From Bryobacterales bacterium (lineage in GTDB: Bacteria > Acidobacteriota > Terriglobia > Bryobacterales > UBA6623): a DNA stretch of 64,000 bases. The notes beneath the pieces are model-generated. The model made no database searches. It had not been told where the DNA came from and saw nothing but the letters and a program-made list of their open reading frames with translations. This document shows positions 52,068-62,496 of the stretch, piece after piece; the first letter of the stretch is position 1; the number at the start of each line of letters is the position of its first letter. Both the position numbers and the translations under genes were made by a program. The DNA lies in the NCBI GenBank assembly GCA_963422375.2, contig OY729428.2:3072001-3136000 (forward strand). The letters are read 5' to 3'.

Positions 52068-53012
52068 ATGCGGGGACGAGCGGAGAAGAGCACACGCACG
52101 GTCACCGTGATGGATGGCGGGATGGGACGCGAACTCATCCGTCGAGGCGTGGCGTCGCTCACCGGCCTGTGGTCGGCCGGAGCTCTGCTGCACGCCCCCC
52201 GCGCGGTGGTCGACGTGCATCGCGTATTCATTTCGGCCGGGGCCCGCATCGTCACGACGAACAGCTACTCGTGCGTGCCCAGCTACCTCGGCAAGGCCGG
52301 GCTCGAAGACCGCTACCTGGACCTCGCGACTCTGGCCGGACAACTCGCCCGAGAAGCCGCCGAAGACGCGGAAGTCGGGGTTCTCGTGGGCGGCGGCCTG
52401 CCACCGCTGTCAGAGAGCTACCGGGCCGACATGGTCGTCAGCAACTCGGAAGCGCGACCCATCTACGAGGCGCTGGCCCGGGCCCTCCAACCGTGGGTCG
52501 ATCTCTTCCTGTGCGAAACGATGTCCAGCATTCGAGAATCGCGCAACGCGGCCTTGGCAGCGCTCGGCGCAGCGGCCCCGCGCGGTCTCCCGGTCTACGT
52601 TTCGTGGACTCTGGACGAGCGACCGGGGAATGGCCTGCGCAGCGGGGAATCTGTCACCGACGCCTTCCGGGCGCTCGGGGATCTCGACTTGGACGGGTTC
52701 CTGTTCAATTGCACGCATCCCGACGCGATCGCGGCGGGCATCGCCGAGATTACCCGCCTGACGGACAAGCCCGTCGGCGGCTACCCCAATCGCTTCGACG
52801 TCCCGGCAGGATGGACGCTCGACGGGGAGGTATCCGTCAAGAGCCGGGCGGATTTCGGGACCGAGCAGTTCGTGCAAGCCGCGACGCGCTTCGTCGAGCG
52901 CGGCGCGACCCTTGTCGGCGGATGCTGCGGGATCGCGCCCGAGGACATCGCGGCTCTATCGGCGCGGCTGGCCGAACGCGGCACCGCGACTGGCGGCCAA
53001 GCGACGGGCTAG
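52068..53012 (+). CDS. Homocysteine S-methyltransferase family protein
   Basis: DGGMGREL, WSA.AL, AGA..VTTNSY, LCETMSS, FNCT, GGCCG. Start uncertain. Confidence 0.9.
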   Translation: MRGRAEKSTRTVTVMDGGMGRELIRRGVASLTGLWSAGALLHAPRAVVDVHRVFISAGARIVTTNSYSCVPSYLGKAGLEDRYLDLATLAGQLAREAAEDAEVGVLVGGGLPPLSESYRADMVVSNSEARPIYEALARALQPWVDLFLCETMSSIRESRNAALAALGAAAPRGLPVYVSWTLDERPGNGLRSGESVTDAFRALGDLDLDGFLFNCTHPDAIAAGIAEITRLTDKPVGGYPNRFDVPAGWTLDGEVSVKSRADFGTEQFVQAATRFVERGATLVGGCCGIAPEDIAALSARLAERGTATGGQATG

Positions 53013-53056
53013 GGAAGAGGCCGGTCAACGCGACGGGAGATCGTTCGCGGTCTAGG

Positions 53057-53079
53057 GACGCCCCCGCGAAAGCGGCGTC
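53057..53079. terminator. GC-rich GAAA-loop hairpin between convergent genes
   Basis: GACGCCCCCGC-GAAA-GCGGCGTC; no U tract. Confidence 0.3.
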
Positions 53080-53105
53080 GAAGCAGCGCGTCCGGGAGCT
53101 GACCG

Positions 53106-53181
53106 TGGTGGACCTGGAGGGACTCGAACCCTCGACCTCCTCCATGCCATGGAGGCGCGCTCCCAACTGCGCCACAGGCCC
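53106..53181 (-). tRNA. tRNA-Ala (GGC)
   Basis: GGGCCTGTGGCGCAGTTGGGAGCGCGCCTCCATGGCATGGAGGAGGTCGAGGGTTCGAGTCCCTCCAGGTCCACCA: 76 nt, G3:U70 pair, GGC anticodon, encoded CCA. Confidence 0.97.
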
Positions 53182-53525
53182 ACTCGGCAGTCTATGCCCA
53201 ATATAGCACGCGACGGACAGGACAGAGCCCCTGCAATCGTCACGCCCAAGTGGCCGGCGGCCCGGGTGGCGGACATCCAGCCTCGCGCGCGGGCTCCTAC
53301 TCCGCGGTGGCGGCGCACCCTGGCGGGTGTCCGCACGCCCCGTCCATCGAGTCGGCAGCACCGGCGGCAGACCCGCAATGATCACCATTTCCGGGATCGG
53401 CGTCACGGAATCCGGTCGCTTCCAGCCTCGTCCGGAGCGGCCTCCGGCGAGCCGGCGCAGCCCCCGCTCGTGCCCCGAAGGGCGCGAGCGGACCGCCGCC
53501 ATCGTGCTGATATACTCCTCGCACG

Positions 53526-54941
53526 ATGGCCGAGGAAAAGCTGCTGGGAGTGACCGTTCTCCCGGAATACATCCAGAGCGAGGGCATCGACGGGCTGCTT
53601 GACAACCTCACCCGCATCGGCGCCAACGCCGTCGCCACGTCACCGTACCTGATGGAGGAAGCGGACCGGGAAACCGGCCAGCGGGAGCCGCCGGCGGACG
53701 CGGACGCCGGCAGCGTGCGCCTGCTGGACCGCCCCCTATTCGGCAAGCGGGAGGTCTGGGTCAGGACGGCTCCCAGCTTCGAACCGGACCGGTCCCTGTA
53801 CTCCGGATTGCGCTACCAGCCGTCCAATCCGACCGATCTCACCCTTCGCCAAGGCCACCTGCTCTCCGACTTCATTCCAGCCGCGAAGGAGCGAGGCATT
53901 CGAGTCTACTTCCAAGTGCAGGCGGCAATCCCGCCCGGCTACCGCGTCCAGTTCGGAGGGCCCGTCGAGGCCGACAGGGCCCGGTTGCCGGATGGCACGA
54001 TCCCTCCGAGGCGGCTCGCCAAGAATGGCAGCCTAGCCAGCCCGCAGATCCTCGGTTACGAGCACGCGCTGATTCGGGATCTGGTACGCAACTACCCCGG
54101 CTTGGACGGGCTGCGCATTGACTGGCCCGAGTACCCGCCGTACTTCCTTGACTCGGTCTTCCTCGACTTCTCCTACCACGCCGAGAAGGCCGCGGAGCGG
54201 ATGGGCTTTCCATTCGACCGGATGCGACGCGATGTCGGCGCGCTGTACGCCAAGCTGCACGGCGGCTTGACCGACTCCGATCTCGAGCCGTGGGCGGACG
54301 ATGCGGACGGCGGGCGCTTCCACCTCCTGCGGCTTCTTGCCGACCACCCCGGCGTGTCCGCCTGGCTGCGCTTCAAGGCCGCCTTGGTCGAGGAGATGAT
54401 CGCGGGATTCCGGAAGGCGATGGACGCGAGCGGCGCCGAGAAGATGGAACTGCTGCCGAACGCGTTTCCCCCGCCTTGGACGATCGCCTCCGGCATGGAC
54501 TTCGCGCGAGTAGCCAAGCACTCCTCGGCAATCAGCTGCAAGCTGTACACGATGCACTGGCCGATGATGCTGCGGTTCTACGGCGATCAGATCTTGGAGG
54601 CGAATCCCGGCCTGTCGAGCCGCCTGCTGGCCCGGGCCTTGGTGCGATGGCTGGACATCGCGGACGACGAGGGGCTCGCCACCGTCGAGGACTACCAGTA
54701 CCCCCCGCCGGACGAGCCCCATCCGGTTGGCCCGCTGGCCCAGCGCCGCAAGATTCGCCAGGCGCAGCGGCAGGCCGGCGACACTCCGGTCTACGTGCTG
54801 GCACATGGATACGGCCCGCTTGCGGACTTCCGCAAGCGGCTCGAGGTAGCGAGGGACGCCGGCGACCACGGCTACTGGGTCAACCGCTACGCCTACCTGA
54901 GCGACGACAAGCTCGAGGCCATCCGCGAGGTCGGTGCGTGA
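53526..54941 (+). CDS. Hypothetical protein, possibly glycoside-hydrolase-like TIM barrel
   Basis: 471-aa ORF with host-like codon use; YPGLDGLRIDWPEY recalls GH-like barrels. Confidence 0.7.
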   Translation: MAEEKLLGVTVLPEYIQSEGIDGLLDNLTRIGANAVATSPYLMEEADRETGQREPPADADAGSVRLLDRPLFGKREVWVRTAPSFEPDRSLYSGLRYQPSNPTDLTLRQGHLLSDFIPAAKERGIRVYFQVQAAIPPGYRVQFGGPVEADRARLPDGTIPPRRLAKNGSLASPQILGYEHALIRDLVRNYPGLDGLRIDWPEYPPYFLDSVFLDFSYHAEKAAERMGFPFDRMRRDVGALYAKLHGGLTDSDLEPWADDADGGRFHLLRLLADHPGVSAWLRFKAALVEEMIAGFRKAMDASGAEKMELLPNAFPPPWTIASGMDFARVAKHSSAISCKLYTMHWPMMLRFYGDQILEANPGLSSRLLARALVRWLDIADDEGLATVEDYQYPPPDEPHPVGPLAQRRKIRQAQRQAGDTPVYVLAHGYGPLADFRKRLEVARDAGDHGYWVNRYAYLSDDKLEAIREVGA

Positions 54942-55153
54942 AGCATTCGACTCGGCCGGACGCGACGCGTCCGCCTGCGCCGCCGTCGAGCTCCGAGAGC
55001 CATCCAGACCCGCCGACCAGTCCCTCGCGCACCTCGGCCGCCGCTCTGGCGATGCTCTATTGCCCTACATGCTCGCAACGGCTCGAACACCGCCGCTGCC
55101 AACTGCGCTGCACCCGCTGCGGCTTCTTCATGGACTGCTCGGACTACTACTGA
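54938..55153 (+). CDS. Small zinc-ribbon protein (core from ATG 55052)
   Basis: MLYCPTCSQRLEHRRCQLRCTRCGFFMDCSDYY*; GTGA overlap with the upstream stop gives an alternative start. Confidence 0.7.
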   Translation: MKHSTRPDATRPPAPPSSSESHPDPPTSPSRTSAAALAMLYCPTCSQRLEHRRCQLRCTRCGFFMDCSDYY

Positions 55154-55219
55154 CCGGGGCGCCTCGGGCGAACCTACAATAAGAGTTCCGGCACCTCGCG
55201 CGTGCCGGGGCTGGTTCCG

Positions 55220-56785
55220 ATGTCTCCAGAAGACCGTCTGTTCCAGCAGCGGTTCCAGAAGATCGCCCGTATCGCGGAGCTGGGATTCGAGCGCTATCCG
55301 CGCAAGTACGTGCCCACGCACGCGGTGCCGGACTTCCGCGCCGCCTTCGACCCGCTCGACGCCGACGCGCTCGAGCGGGACCGCCCCACCGCGAGCATCT
55401 GCGGACGCCTGTCCACGAAGAGGCGCCAAGGCAAGGCGGGCTTCGCCAACATCAGGCAAGGCGGCGCGCAGATACAGATCTACGTGCGCAAGGACGAGGT
55501 CGCCGAGCGCGACTTCGAGCTCTACAAGCTGCTCGACGCCGGAGATGTCATCGGCGTGGCAGGCCGGGTGTTCCGCACTCGCACGGGCGAGCTCACGCTG
55601 CGGGCTTCCAAGCTCGCATTCCTGTCCAAGAGCGTTCTACCTCCACCCGAGAAGTTCCACGGCCTCCAAGACGTAGAAGTCCGATATCGCCAGCGGTCCT
55701 TGGACCTGATCAGCAACGACGGCGTGCGGCAGACGTTCGTCACACGGGACCGGATCATCCGCACTCTGAGGACCGCGTTCGAGCGGCGCGGCTACATCGA
55801 GGTCGAGACGCCGATGATGCAGCCCGCCTACGGCGGGGCGCTGGCGCGCCCCTTCGTGACGCACCACAACGCGCTCGACCTGAAGCTGTACCTGCGCATC
55901 GCGCCCGAACTCTACCTGAAGCGCCTGACGGTGGGCGGCCTGGACCGGGTGTACGAGATCAACCGGAATTTCCGCAACGAAGGCCTCTCGAAGCACCACA
56001 ACCCGGAATTCACGATGCTGGAGTTTTACGAGGCGTACAGCGACTACCGGGACCTCATGCGCTTCAGCGCCGACCTCCTCCGGGAGGCCGCGAAAGCGGC
56101 ACTGGACGGCGGCACCGAGGCGGTCTTCGGCGCGTATCGCATCGACTTCGGGACACTCACCTGCCTCACGCTGGCCGAGACCGTATCCGCATACTGGCCC
56201 GACCCAGCGACGAGACCCGAGCCGTCCCAGCTGGCCGAGATCGGGAAGATCCGGGAACTCGCGTCCGTACACGAGCGCCGGGAGGGCGTGGCGGTGCCCT
56301 TGGCGGAGGGCATCTCCGCGGGCATGGGCTTGCTGCGCCTGTTCGAGGCCTCCTGCGAGCACCGGCTGGTGCAGCCAACTGCTGTCTATGACTATCCGAT
56401 CGAGGCGTCCCCCCTCTCGAAGCGGAAGCCGGACGCGCCCGACTGGGTCGAGCGCTTCGAAATCTTCTGCGGCGGCATGGAAATTGCCAACGGCTACTCG
56501 GAACTGAACGATCCTCTGGAGCAGCTCAGGCGGTTCGAGGAGCAGGCCGAGGCCCGCGCGGCGGGCGACCACGAGGCCCACGGCATCGACGAGGACTACG
56601 TCCGGGCCCTGTGCTACGGCCTGCCGCCGACCGCGGGCGAGGGGATCGGCATCGACCGGCTGACGATGCTACTGACGAACTCGCCCACGATCCGTGACGT
56701 GATCCTGTTCCCCCTGCTTAGGCCGGAAGGAGAGGTCGGAATCGCCGACCGTCTTCGCCGGGCCGCCGGCGATCACCCCTCCTAG
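55220..56785 (+). CDS. lysS: Lysine--tRNA ligase (class II)
   Basis: GKAGF, RYRQR.LDL, EVETPMM, GGA.ARPF.THHN, LRIAPELYLKRL, FRNEG, HNPEFTMLEFY, GIGIDRL. Confidence 0.97.
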   Translation: MSPEDRLFQQRFQKIARIAELGFERYPRKYVPTHAVPDFRAAFDPLDADALERDRPTASICGRLSTKRRQGKAGFANIRQGGAQIQIYVRKDEVAERDFELYKLLDAGDVIGVAGRVFRTRTGELTLRASKLAFLSKSVLPPPEKFHGLQDVEVRYRQRSLDLISNDGVRQTFVTRDRIIRTLRTAFERRGYIEVETPMMQPAYGGALARPFVTHHNALDLKLYLRIAPELYLKRLTVGGLDRVYEINRNFRNEGLSKHHNPEFTMLEFYEAYSDYRDLMRFSADLLREAAKAALDGGTEAVFGAYRIDFGTLTCLTLAETVSAYWPDPATRPEPSQLAEIGKIRELASVHERREGVAVPLAEGISAGMGLLRLFEASCEHRLVQPTAVYDYPIEASPLSKRKPDAPDWVERFEIFCGGMEIANGYSELNDPLEQLRRFEEQAEARAAGDHEAHGIDEDYVRALCYGLPPTAGEGIGIDRLTMLLTNSPTIRDVILFPLLRPEGEVGIADRLRRAAGDHPS

Positions 56786-56835
56786 GAGGGGCTGAGCCGG
56801 GCCGGCCGCCGGGTCCGGAGGGTCGCGGCAGCAGT

Positions 56836-58730
56836 GTGCGAGACTGGCCGTTCTCGAATGGCGTTATCCCTAGGAAATCTTGGTTCGTCCCGGATGCGAT
56901 CCGGGTGGCCGGGTGCGACTTGAGGCGATTCAACTGGAGCTGGCCGGAGGAGTCTCCGGAGCGGGCCCAGCGCGGGCAAGAGGTCTCGAGCGAGCTGGGC
57001 CTGCCCAAGGCCCTGGGCCTAGCGCTGGCCACGCGAGGGTACGACCGGTCCCATGCCTCCGACCTCGAGGACCGCTCCCTTCGGGTCTGCACCGAGGCGA
57101 TCGGGGATCCTGACGGAATCGACGAAGCCGCGAGGGAACTGCTCACCCGAGCCCGCAAGGGACGGATCGGCATCCTGTGCGACTACGACGTCGACGGCGC
57201 GACAGCCCAGGCGATCCTCGTCGAGACGCTGCGGGCGGTGCTACCGTCCGGCGCGGGCGACCCGGCTGTCGCCGTGCCCTACAGGAACAAGGAGGGCTTC
57301 GGCCCAAACGTCCGCTGCCTGAATCGTCTGTCCGAGGCCGGCGTGTCCGTGGTCGCCGTCCTAGACTGTGGCACCTCCAGCGGCAAGCTGCTGGACCGCT
57401 TCCACGAGACGTCTCAGGTGCCGACAATCGTCGTCGACCACCATCCCCCGCTCGACCTGGCACCGCCCGCATCCGGTCTAGTGGTCAATCCGTGGGTCAG
57501 CAGGGCGCCTGATCCGGGCGAACAGGGCACGCTATGCACCGCAGGCCTCGCTTGGTTCCTAGCGCGAGCCATCCTGCGCGAAGCGGGGCTGTCTCCCGCC
57601 GGCACGGCGCGGCTGCGCAAGCGGCTCACGCTGCTCGCGGCGCTGGGCACGGTGTGCGACGTGATGCCCATCAACACGCCATTCAACCGGTCGCTGGTCC
57701 TCGCGGGCACCCGAATCCTGGGCGAGCAGGGCAACACCTCCCCCGGGCTGGCCGCGCTCGTGGACATTGCGGCCATCCGGGGGAAACCGACCGCCGACGA
57801 CTTCGGCTGGCGGATCGGCCCCCGTATCAATGCAGGGTCGCGGATGGGCAAGTCCAGCCTGGCAGCGCGCTGCCTTAGGGAAACGAAGCACAGCACGGCC
57901 CGCGAGCTCGCGAAGCAGCTGCACGAGCTTAACCGGAGCCGCGTCACCGTCGGGCGCAAGGCCGCGGAGGAATTGGAGTCCTCCGCGCGGCAGGAAGAGC
58001 TCGCCGCCGGGCCGGTCAATCTGCACCGGGTGAACTGCGCTACCCCCGGGACGATCGGGCTGGTCGCTTCGTCGCTGGTCAGGCGCTATGGATGGCCGGC
58101 CATCACCGTCGCCGAGCGCGAGGACGGGCTGCTGGCCGGATCCGGCAGGACGGCGCTAGGCTTCGACCTTGGAGCGGCCGTGAGCAAGGCCTGCCAAGAG
58201 GGAATCCTAGAGGGAGGAGGCGGGCACTCGGCTGCGTGCGGCCTGACTGTCAGGCCCAATCGGCTGTCCGACCTACACTCGTTTCTGAACGAGCGATTCA
58301 GGGACCTGCATTCGCGGGAAGGGCGCTTGCCCGAACCCACCCACCGGATCGACGCGGCGCTCGCCGCACCGATCTTTCGAGCAACTCGCTGATTGCCCTA
58401 GCCAACGCGCAGGCCCGGCTCGCGCCGTGGGGACAAGGGCTGCGCCTACCGCTCTTCGGAGTGCGGAGGTGCTCGCTCTTGTCAAGCAACAGGACGCCGA
58501 CGGGCCATCTCTTCCTGCGCCTCGCAGCTGGAGAGTCGCAATTCGGGGCGGTGTGGTGGAACGCGCCGAAGGATTGGACCGAGCAGGCGGGGCTGGACGG
58601 GCGCACGCCGGGTGAATCGGTCGCCGCGACGCACGAGGTCGATCTGGCGGGCAAGGTCGACATTGACGAATGGCAAGGGCGCCGTCGGGGGCGCATTGCC
58701 GTTCGTGCCATCAGGTCGTCGCACGCCTAG
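56836..58730 (+). CDS. recJ: RecJ-like DHH ssDNA exonuclease, frameshift near 58365
   Basis: DYDVDG, LDCG, VDHH, LGTVCDVMP, GPRINAGSR, GSGR, GGGHSAACG. The C-terminal part (LAPWGQG..P) continues in another frame. Confidence 0.8.
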
Positions 58731-59366
58731 CGGCGGCCCGAATCCTGCCGACGCGTCCGCTCGGCTAGCCGCTCCCAAGGGGCGGCGCCTCGGCTTGTTC
58801 CAGTTGAAGCACCGCTGTGCGGCACAGGCCCCAAGAAACCTGCAGCCACTCGGCCCCGAATGTAGGGCCGAACGAGGTGGCAAGCCGCGATGATCGGAGA
58901 GTCGATGGTCGCTCAACTCGCTCGTCCGTTGCTGATTCCGGAGCGGACGCGCACGGGCTGAAAGCCGAGCGGGGAACGGATCGGACTGCGGCCGCCAAGT
59001 AACGCGGGATTCGTCTCTGCACGAGAAGGGTCGCGCTAGGCAGAGAAGAGTCGGCCTCGGTCTCAAACGTAGGACCAAGATCCGAGACTGCTTGAGAGAG
59101 GATTCCAGCTCAGGCGGCATACTGAGAGGCGCAAGAGTCTTTTCCCAAGATACGGGCCATACTCAGTCGACTTCCGATTCAGGCTGTCATCATAGCAGCC
59201 CAGAGATAGAGCCTTGAATTCTCGAACTTAGGCCTGCATATTGTGATATACCGTAACTATCTACACAGTATATTGCGTACTCGAATTTGGAAGGCCTCCT
59301 TCTTAGCAGACTGCTTGGGAACCCAGTTGCCAGTACATTCTGGCCTGGCCGATCCGAAAAGACTTT

Positions 59367-60445
59367 CCTGATTACCAACGAACGTCAGCCGAGGATATGC
59401 TATACTGGAGGAGGTCGGAAATCTCTGCTAGGAAAGGGGCTAGCAGATGAAACGCAATCGCGTGCAATGCCAGAAGGGACTCAGCCTGGGCAAGTTCCTA
59501 CAGCGAGGGGCCATGCGAGCGGGCCGTCTTCAACGCCCGCTGGCCGGACGGCTTCCGCTGCCCGGAGTGCGGCTCCCGACGGCACTGCCGCATCCGCTCC
59601 CGCAAGCTCTGGCAGTGCAGTGCCTGCCACCGCCGGACCTCCCTCGTCGCCGGCACGATCTTCGCCGCCACCAAGCTGCCGCTGACCGTCCGGTTCCTGG
59701 CGATCCACCTGCTGACGCAGGGCCAGCACGGCGTTTCGTCGCTGGAACTGGCGCGGCAGCTGGGGGTCAGCCGAAACACGGCCTGGAAGGTGCAGCACAA
59801 GCTCCTGCCAGTGCTGAAGGAGCGCGACGAGCGCGTGCCGCTGCACGGCATCGTGCAAGTGATCGTGCAAGTGGACGACGCCTACTGGGGCGGGGAGCGG
59901 ACCGGCGGCAAGCGCGGTCGCGGCGCGGCGGGCAAGACGCCGTTCGTCGCCGCCGTGCAGGTCACCGCCGTGCAGGTCACCGCCGTGCAGGTCACCGCCG
60001 TGCAGGTCACCGCCGCCGGCCAGCCGGCAAGGATGCGCCTGAGCAGCGTGGCGGGCTTGCGCAAGAAGACGCTGGCAGCGTGGGCCGGGCGGCACTTGCA
60101 GCCCGGCACGGAGGTGCATTCCGACGGCCCGGCCTGCTTCCGGGGCGTGGCCGGAGCCGGCTGCGAGCACGTGCCGACCGTCACCGGAGGCGGGCAGCGG
60201 AGCTGCGGGGATTCCCGCTTCGTCCGGGTCAACACGATGCTGGCGCACGTCAAGCGGTCCCTGGCGGGAACCTGCCATGCGCTCGACGGCAAGCACCTGC
60301 CGCGCTACCTCGCCGAGTTCCGCTACCGCTTCAACCGCCGCTACGATCTCGAGGCGCTGGTCCCCCGCCTGCTCCACGCCTCCGTGCGCACCCCGCCCAG
60401 GCCTTACCGCCTCCTAACCTTGGCTGAGTCTTGTGGGTAATCAGG
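59367..60445 (+). mobile_element. IS1595 family (IS1595 subgroup, CCTGATT ends); transposase 59447-60440 frameshifted near 59510
   Basis: TIRs CCTGATTACCAACGAACGTCAGCC and reverse complement CCTGATTACCCACAAGACTCAGCC; flanks AAGACTTT / TAGCCTTT (6/8); RWPDGFRCP, VDDAY, SDG, VNTML, YRFNRR. Confidence 0.9.
59951..60015 (+). repeat. 15-bp tandem repeat x4 inside the transposase (AVQVT)
   Basis: CGCCGTGCAGGTCAC repeated four times. Confidence 0.95.
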
Positions 60446-60888
60446 TAGCCTTTTGTACTAGTCTCGCGAACAAGAGCACCAATTTCTTCGACCCTGCCAA
60501 AGCACCTGCCAATCTCTGCTCCTAGGCCCTTCCCACAGGAATTCATTCTAGCGTTGATCAATCCTCTCGCTTCATCAGGCAGACGGATCGTAAAGTCCTC
60601 TTGCCCAAGCAACGTAGGGTCTAGAGTTTTCTTACACCATCGCACGACGGACTTCGGAATATCATCGATCAATTCTCTGGGAAACAACGAGATAGGTGAT
60701 AATGGATTGATTCCCCAATCAGTCGAGAAACACTTGCGGAGAGCATAGATCAGAGAAGCTATGTAAGACTTTCCTGTGTTGCTCGGCCCGACGAATACCG
60801 TTAGAGGCCGTATGTCGACCTTAGCATGAGCAATTGGCCCGAAGTCCTTCGCTTCAATTTCGAGCCTCCCTTGTGAGTTCTTGAGCAT
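60446..60888 (-). pseudogene. AAA (AAA_15/AAA_21-like) ATPase N-terminal fragment interrupted by the IS
   Basis: Low GC; KDFGPI...IRPLTVFVGPSNTGKSY (Walker A). The frame can be continued at 59366-59190 after removing the IS. Confidence 0.8.
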
Positions 60889-61017
60889 TGGCAGACCAGC
60901 GTCTCACTTGCAGTGAATCCCCGCGCTACGCTTACCGCACGCAGGGGGCGGCACAACACCTCCTAGCTTGCACGGTAGAACGGCACGTGCTGGGCGAGCA
61001 GCAAGCGTGGTCGAGCA

Positions 61018-62334
61018 TCACGCCGGTGAACGCCTCGCTATCTCCCGGAACGCGTCGGCAGCGCAGCCGACCGTCTGGTCAATCGCAGCGTCGCTGTGAA
61101 GCGCCCCGACGAACATCGCCTCGTACTGGGAGCAGGGCAGGTAGACACCTCGCTCGAGCATCGCACGGAAGTACCGCCCGAACAGCGTCGTGTCGCACGT
61201 GGCGGCGTCCTCCCAGTCTCGAATTTCGCGGTCCGTGAAGAAGAATGTCAGCATGGAGCCGACGCGATGGCTCGTGATCGTCACTCCAGCCTCTCTCGCG
61301 GCGGCCAGCACCCCCGCCTGCAAGCGAGCCCCGGCAGATTCGATTTTGTCGTAGACCTTGGGATTCTCCTTGAGCAATCGCAGTGTCGCTAGGCCAGCCG
61401 CCACGGCCACCGGATTTCCGGAGAGCGTCCCGGCCTGGTAGACGCTCCCGACGGGAGCGACGCACCCCATAATCTCGCGCCGCCCGCCGAAGGCCCCGAC
61501 GGGAAGACCTCCACCAATGACCTTTCCCAACGTGGTCATATCCGGCGTCACGCCATAAAGCTGCTGCGCACCCCCAAAGGCCACACGAAAGCCTGTCATC
61601 ACCTCGTCGAAAATGAGCACGGCACCGTGTTCGGTGCAGAGTTCGCGCGCACGCGACAGGAAGCCCTCCACCGGCGGAACGCATCCCATGTTGCCCACGA
61701 CGGGCTCGAGGATTACAGCGGCGATCCGGTCTCCCCGCTCGCTGAAGGCCCGGTCCAGCGCGGCAACATCGTTGTAAGCAAGAGGCAGCGTGGTCTTCGC
61801 GAAGCCTTCGGGAACTCCAGCCGAGTCCGATATGCCGAGCGTAGCCAGCCCGGATCCCGCCTTGACAAGCAGCGAGTCCACGTGCCCGTGGTAGTTGCCG
61901 ATGAACTTAACCACCAAGTCGCGGCCAGTGTGGCCCCGAGCGACGCGAAGGGCGCTCATCGTGGCCTCGGTGCCCGAATTCACGAACCGCACCATGTCGA
62001 TGGACGGCACGGCATCCGCAATGAGTTCGGCAACCTCGATCTCGGCCTCGGTCGGAGCGCCGTAGCTGGTGCCCCTCGAAGCGGTGGACGCGACTGCATC
62101 GACGACATCTGGGTGGCTGTGGCCGAGCAGGAGCGGGCCCCATGAGCCCACGTAGTCGATGTAATCGTTGCCGTCCACGTCCCGCATGTAGCAGGACTCG
62201 GCCCGTTCGATGAATACCGGATCGCGACCGACGGCGCGAAACGCCCTAGCGGGAGAGTTCACTCCGCCCGGGATCACCCGCCTCGCTCGCTCGAACAGTC
62301 TGTTGGACCGGTCGTGTCGCCTGACGATTCTCAA
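61018..62334 (-). CDS. hemL: Glutamate-1-semialdehyde 2,1-aminomutase
   Basis: IPGGVNSP.RAF, YIDYVGSWGP, VNSGTEATM, YHGH.D, FDEVMTGFR, GKVIGGGLPVG, YQAGTLSGNP. Confidence 0.97.
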   Translation of the reverse strand: MRIVRRHDRSNRLFERARRVIPGGVNSPARAFRAVGRDPVFIERAESCYMRDVDGNDYIDYVGSWGPLLLGHSHPDVVDAVASTASRGTSYGAPTEAEIEVAELIADAVPSIDMVRFVNSGTEATMSALRVARGHTGRDLVVKFIGNYHGHVDSLLVKAGSGLATLGISDSAGVPEGFAKTTLPLAYNDVAALDRAFSERGDRIAAVILEPVVGNMGCVPPVEGFLSRARELCTEHGAVLIFDEVMTGFRVAFGGAQQLYGVTPDMTTLGKVIGGGLPVGAFGGRREIMGCVAPVGSVYQAGTLSGNPVAVAAGLATLRLLKENPKVYDKIESAGARLQAGVLAAAREAGVTITSHRVGSMLTFFFTDREIRDWEDAATCDTTLFGRYFRAMLERGVYLPCSQYEAMFVGALHSDAAIDQTVGCAADAFREIARRSPA

Positions 62335-62496
62335 GAGAGGGTCCTCGGCCGCTTCCTCTCAGGACGAGACGCTCGGCTCGCCCCGCTTCGTATGCCCGGA
62401 CGGAAGCCGTGATTTCACGCCCTGTCGGCAGGCCCGTCGTATGCGTTAGCTGGTGGCGGAAACGATACCCGGAGCGGTAGCGGGAACTCGATTATA

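Noticed and set aside
53106..53181. tRNA-Ala as the integration site of a genomic island
   Set aside because: No duplicate of the tRNA 3' end and no integrase were seen in the window.
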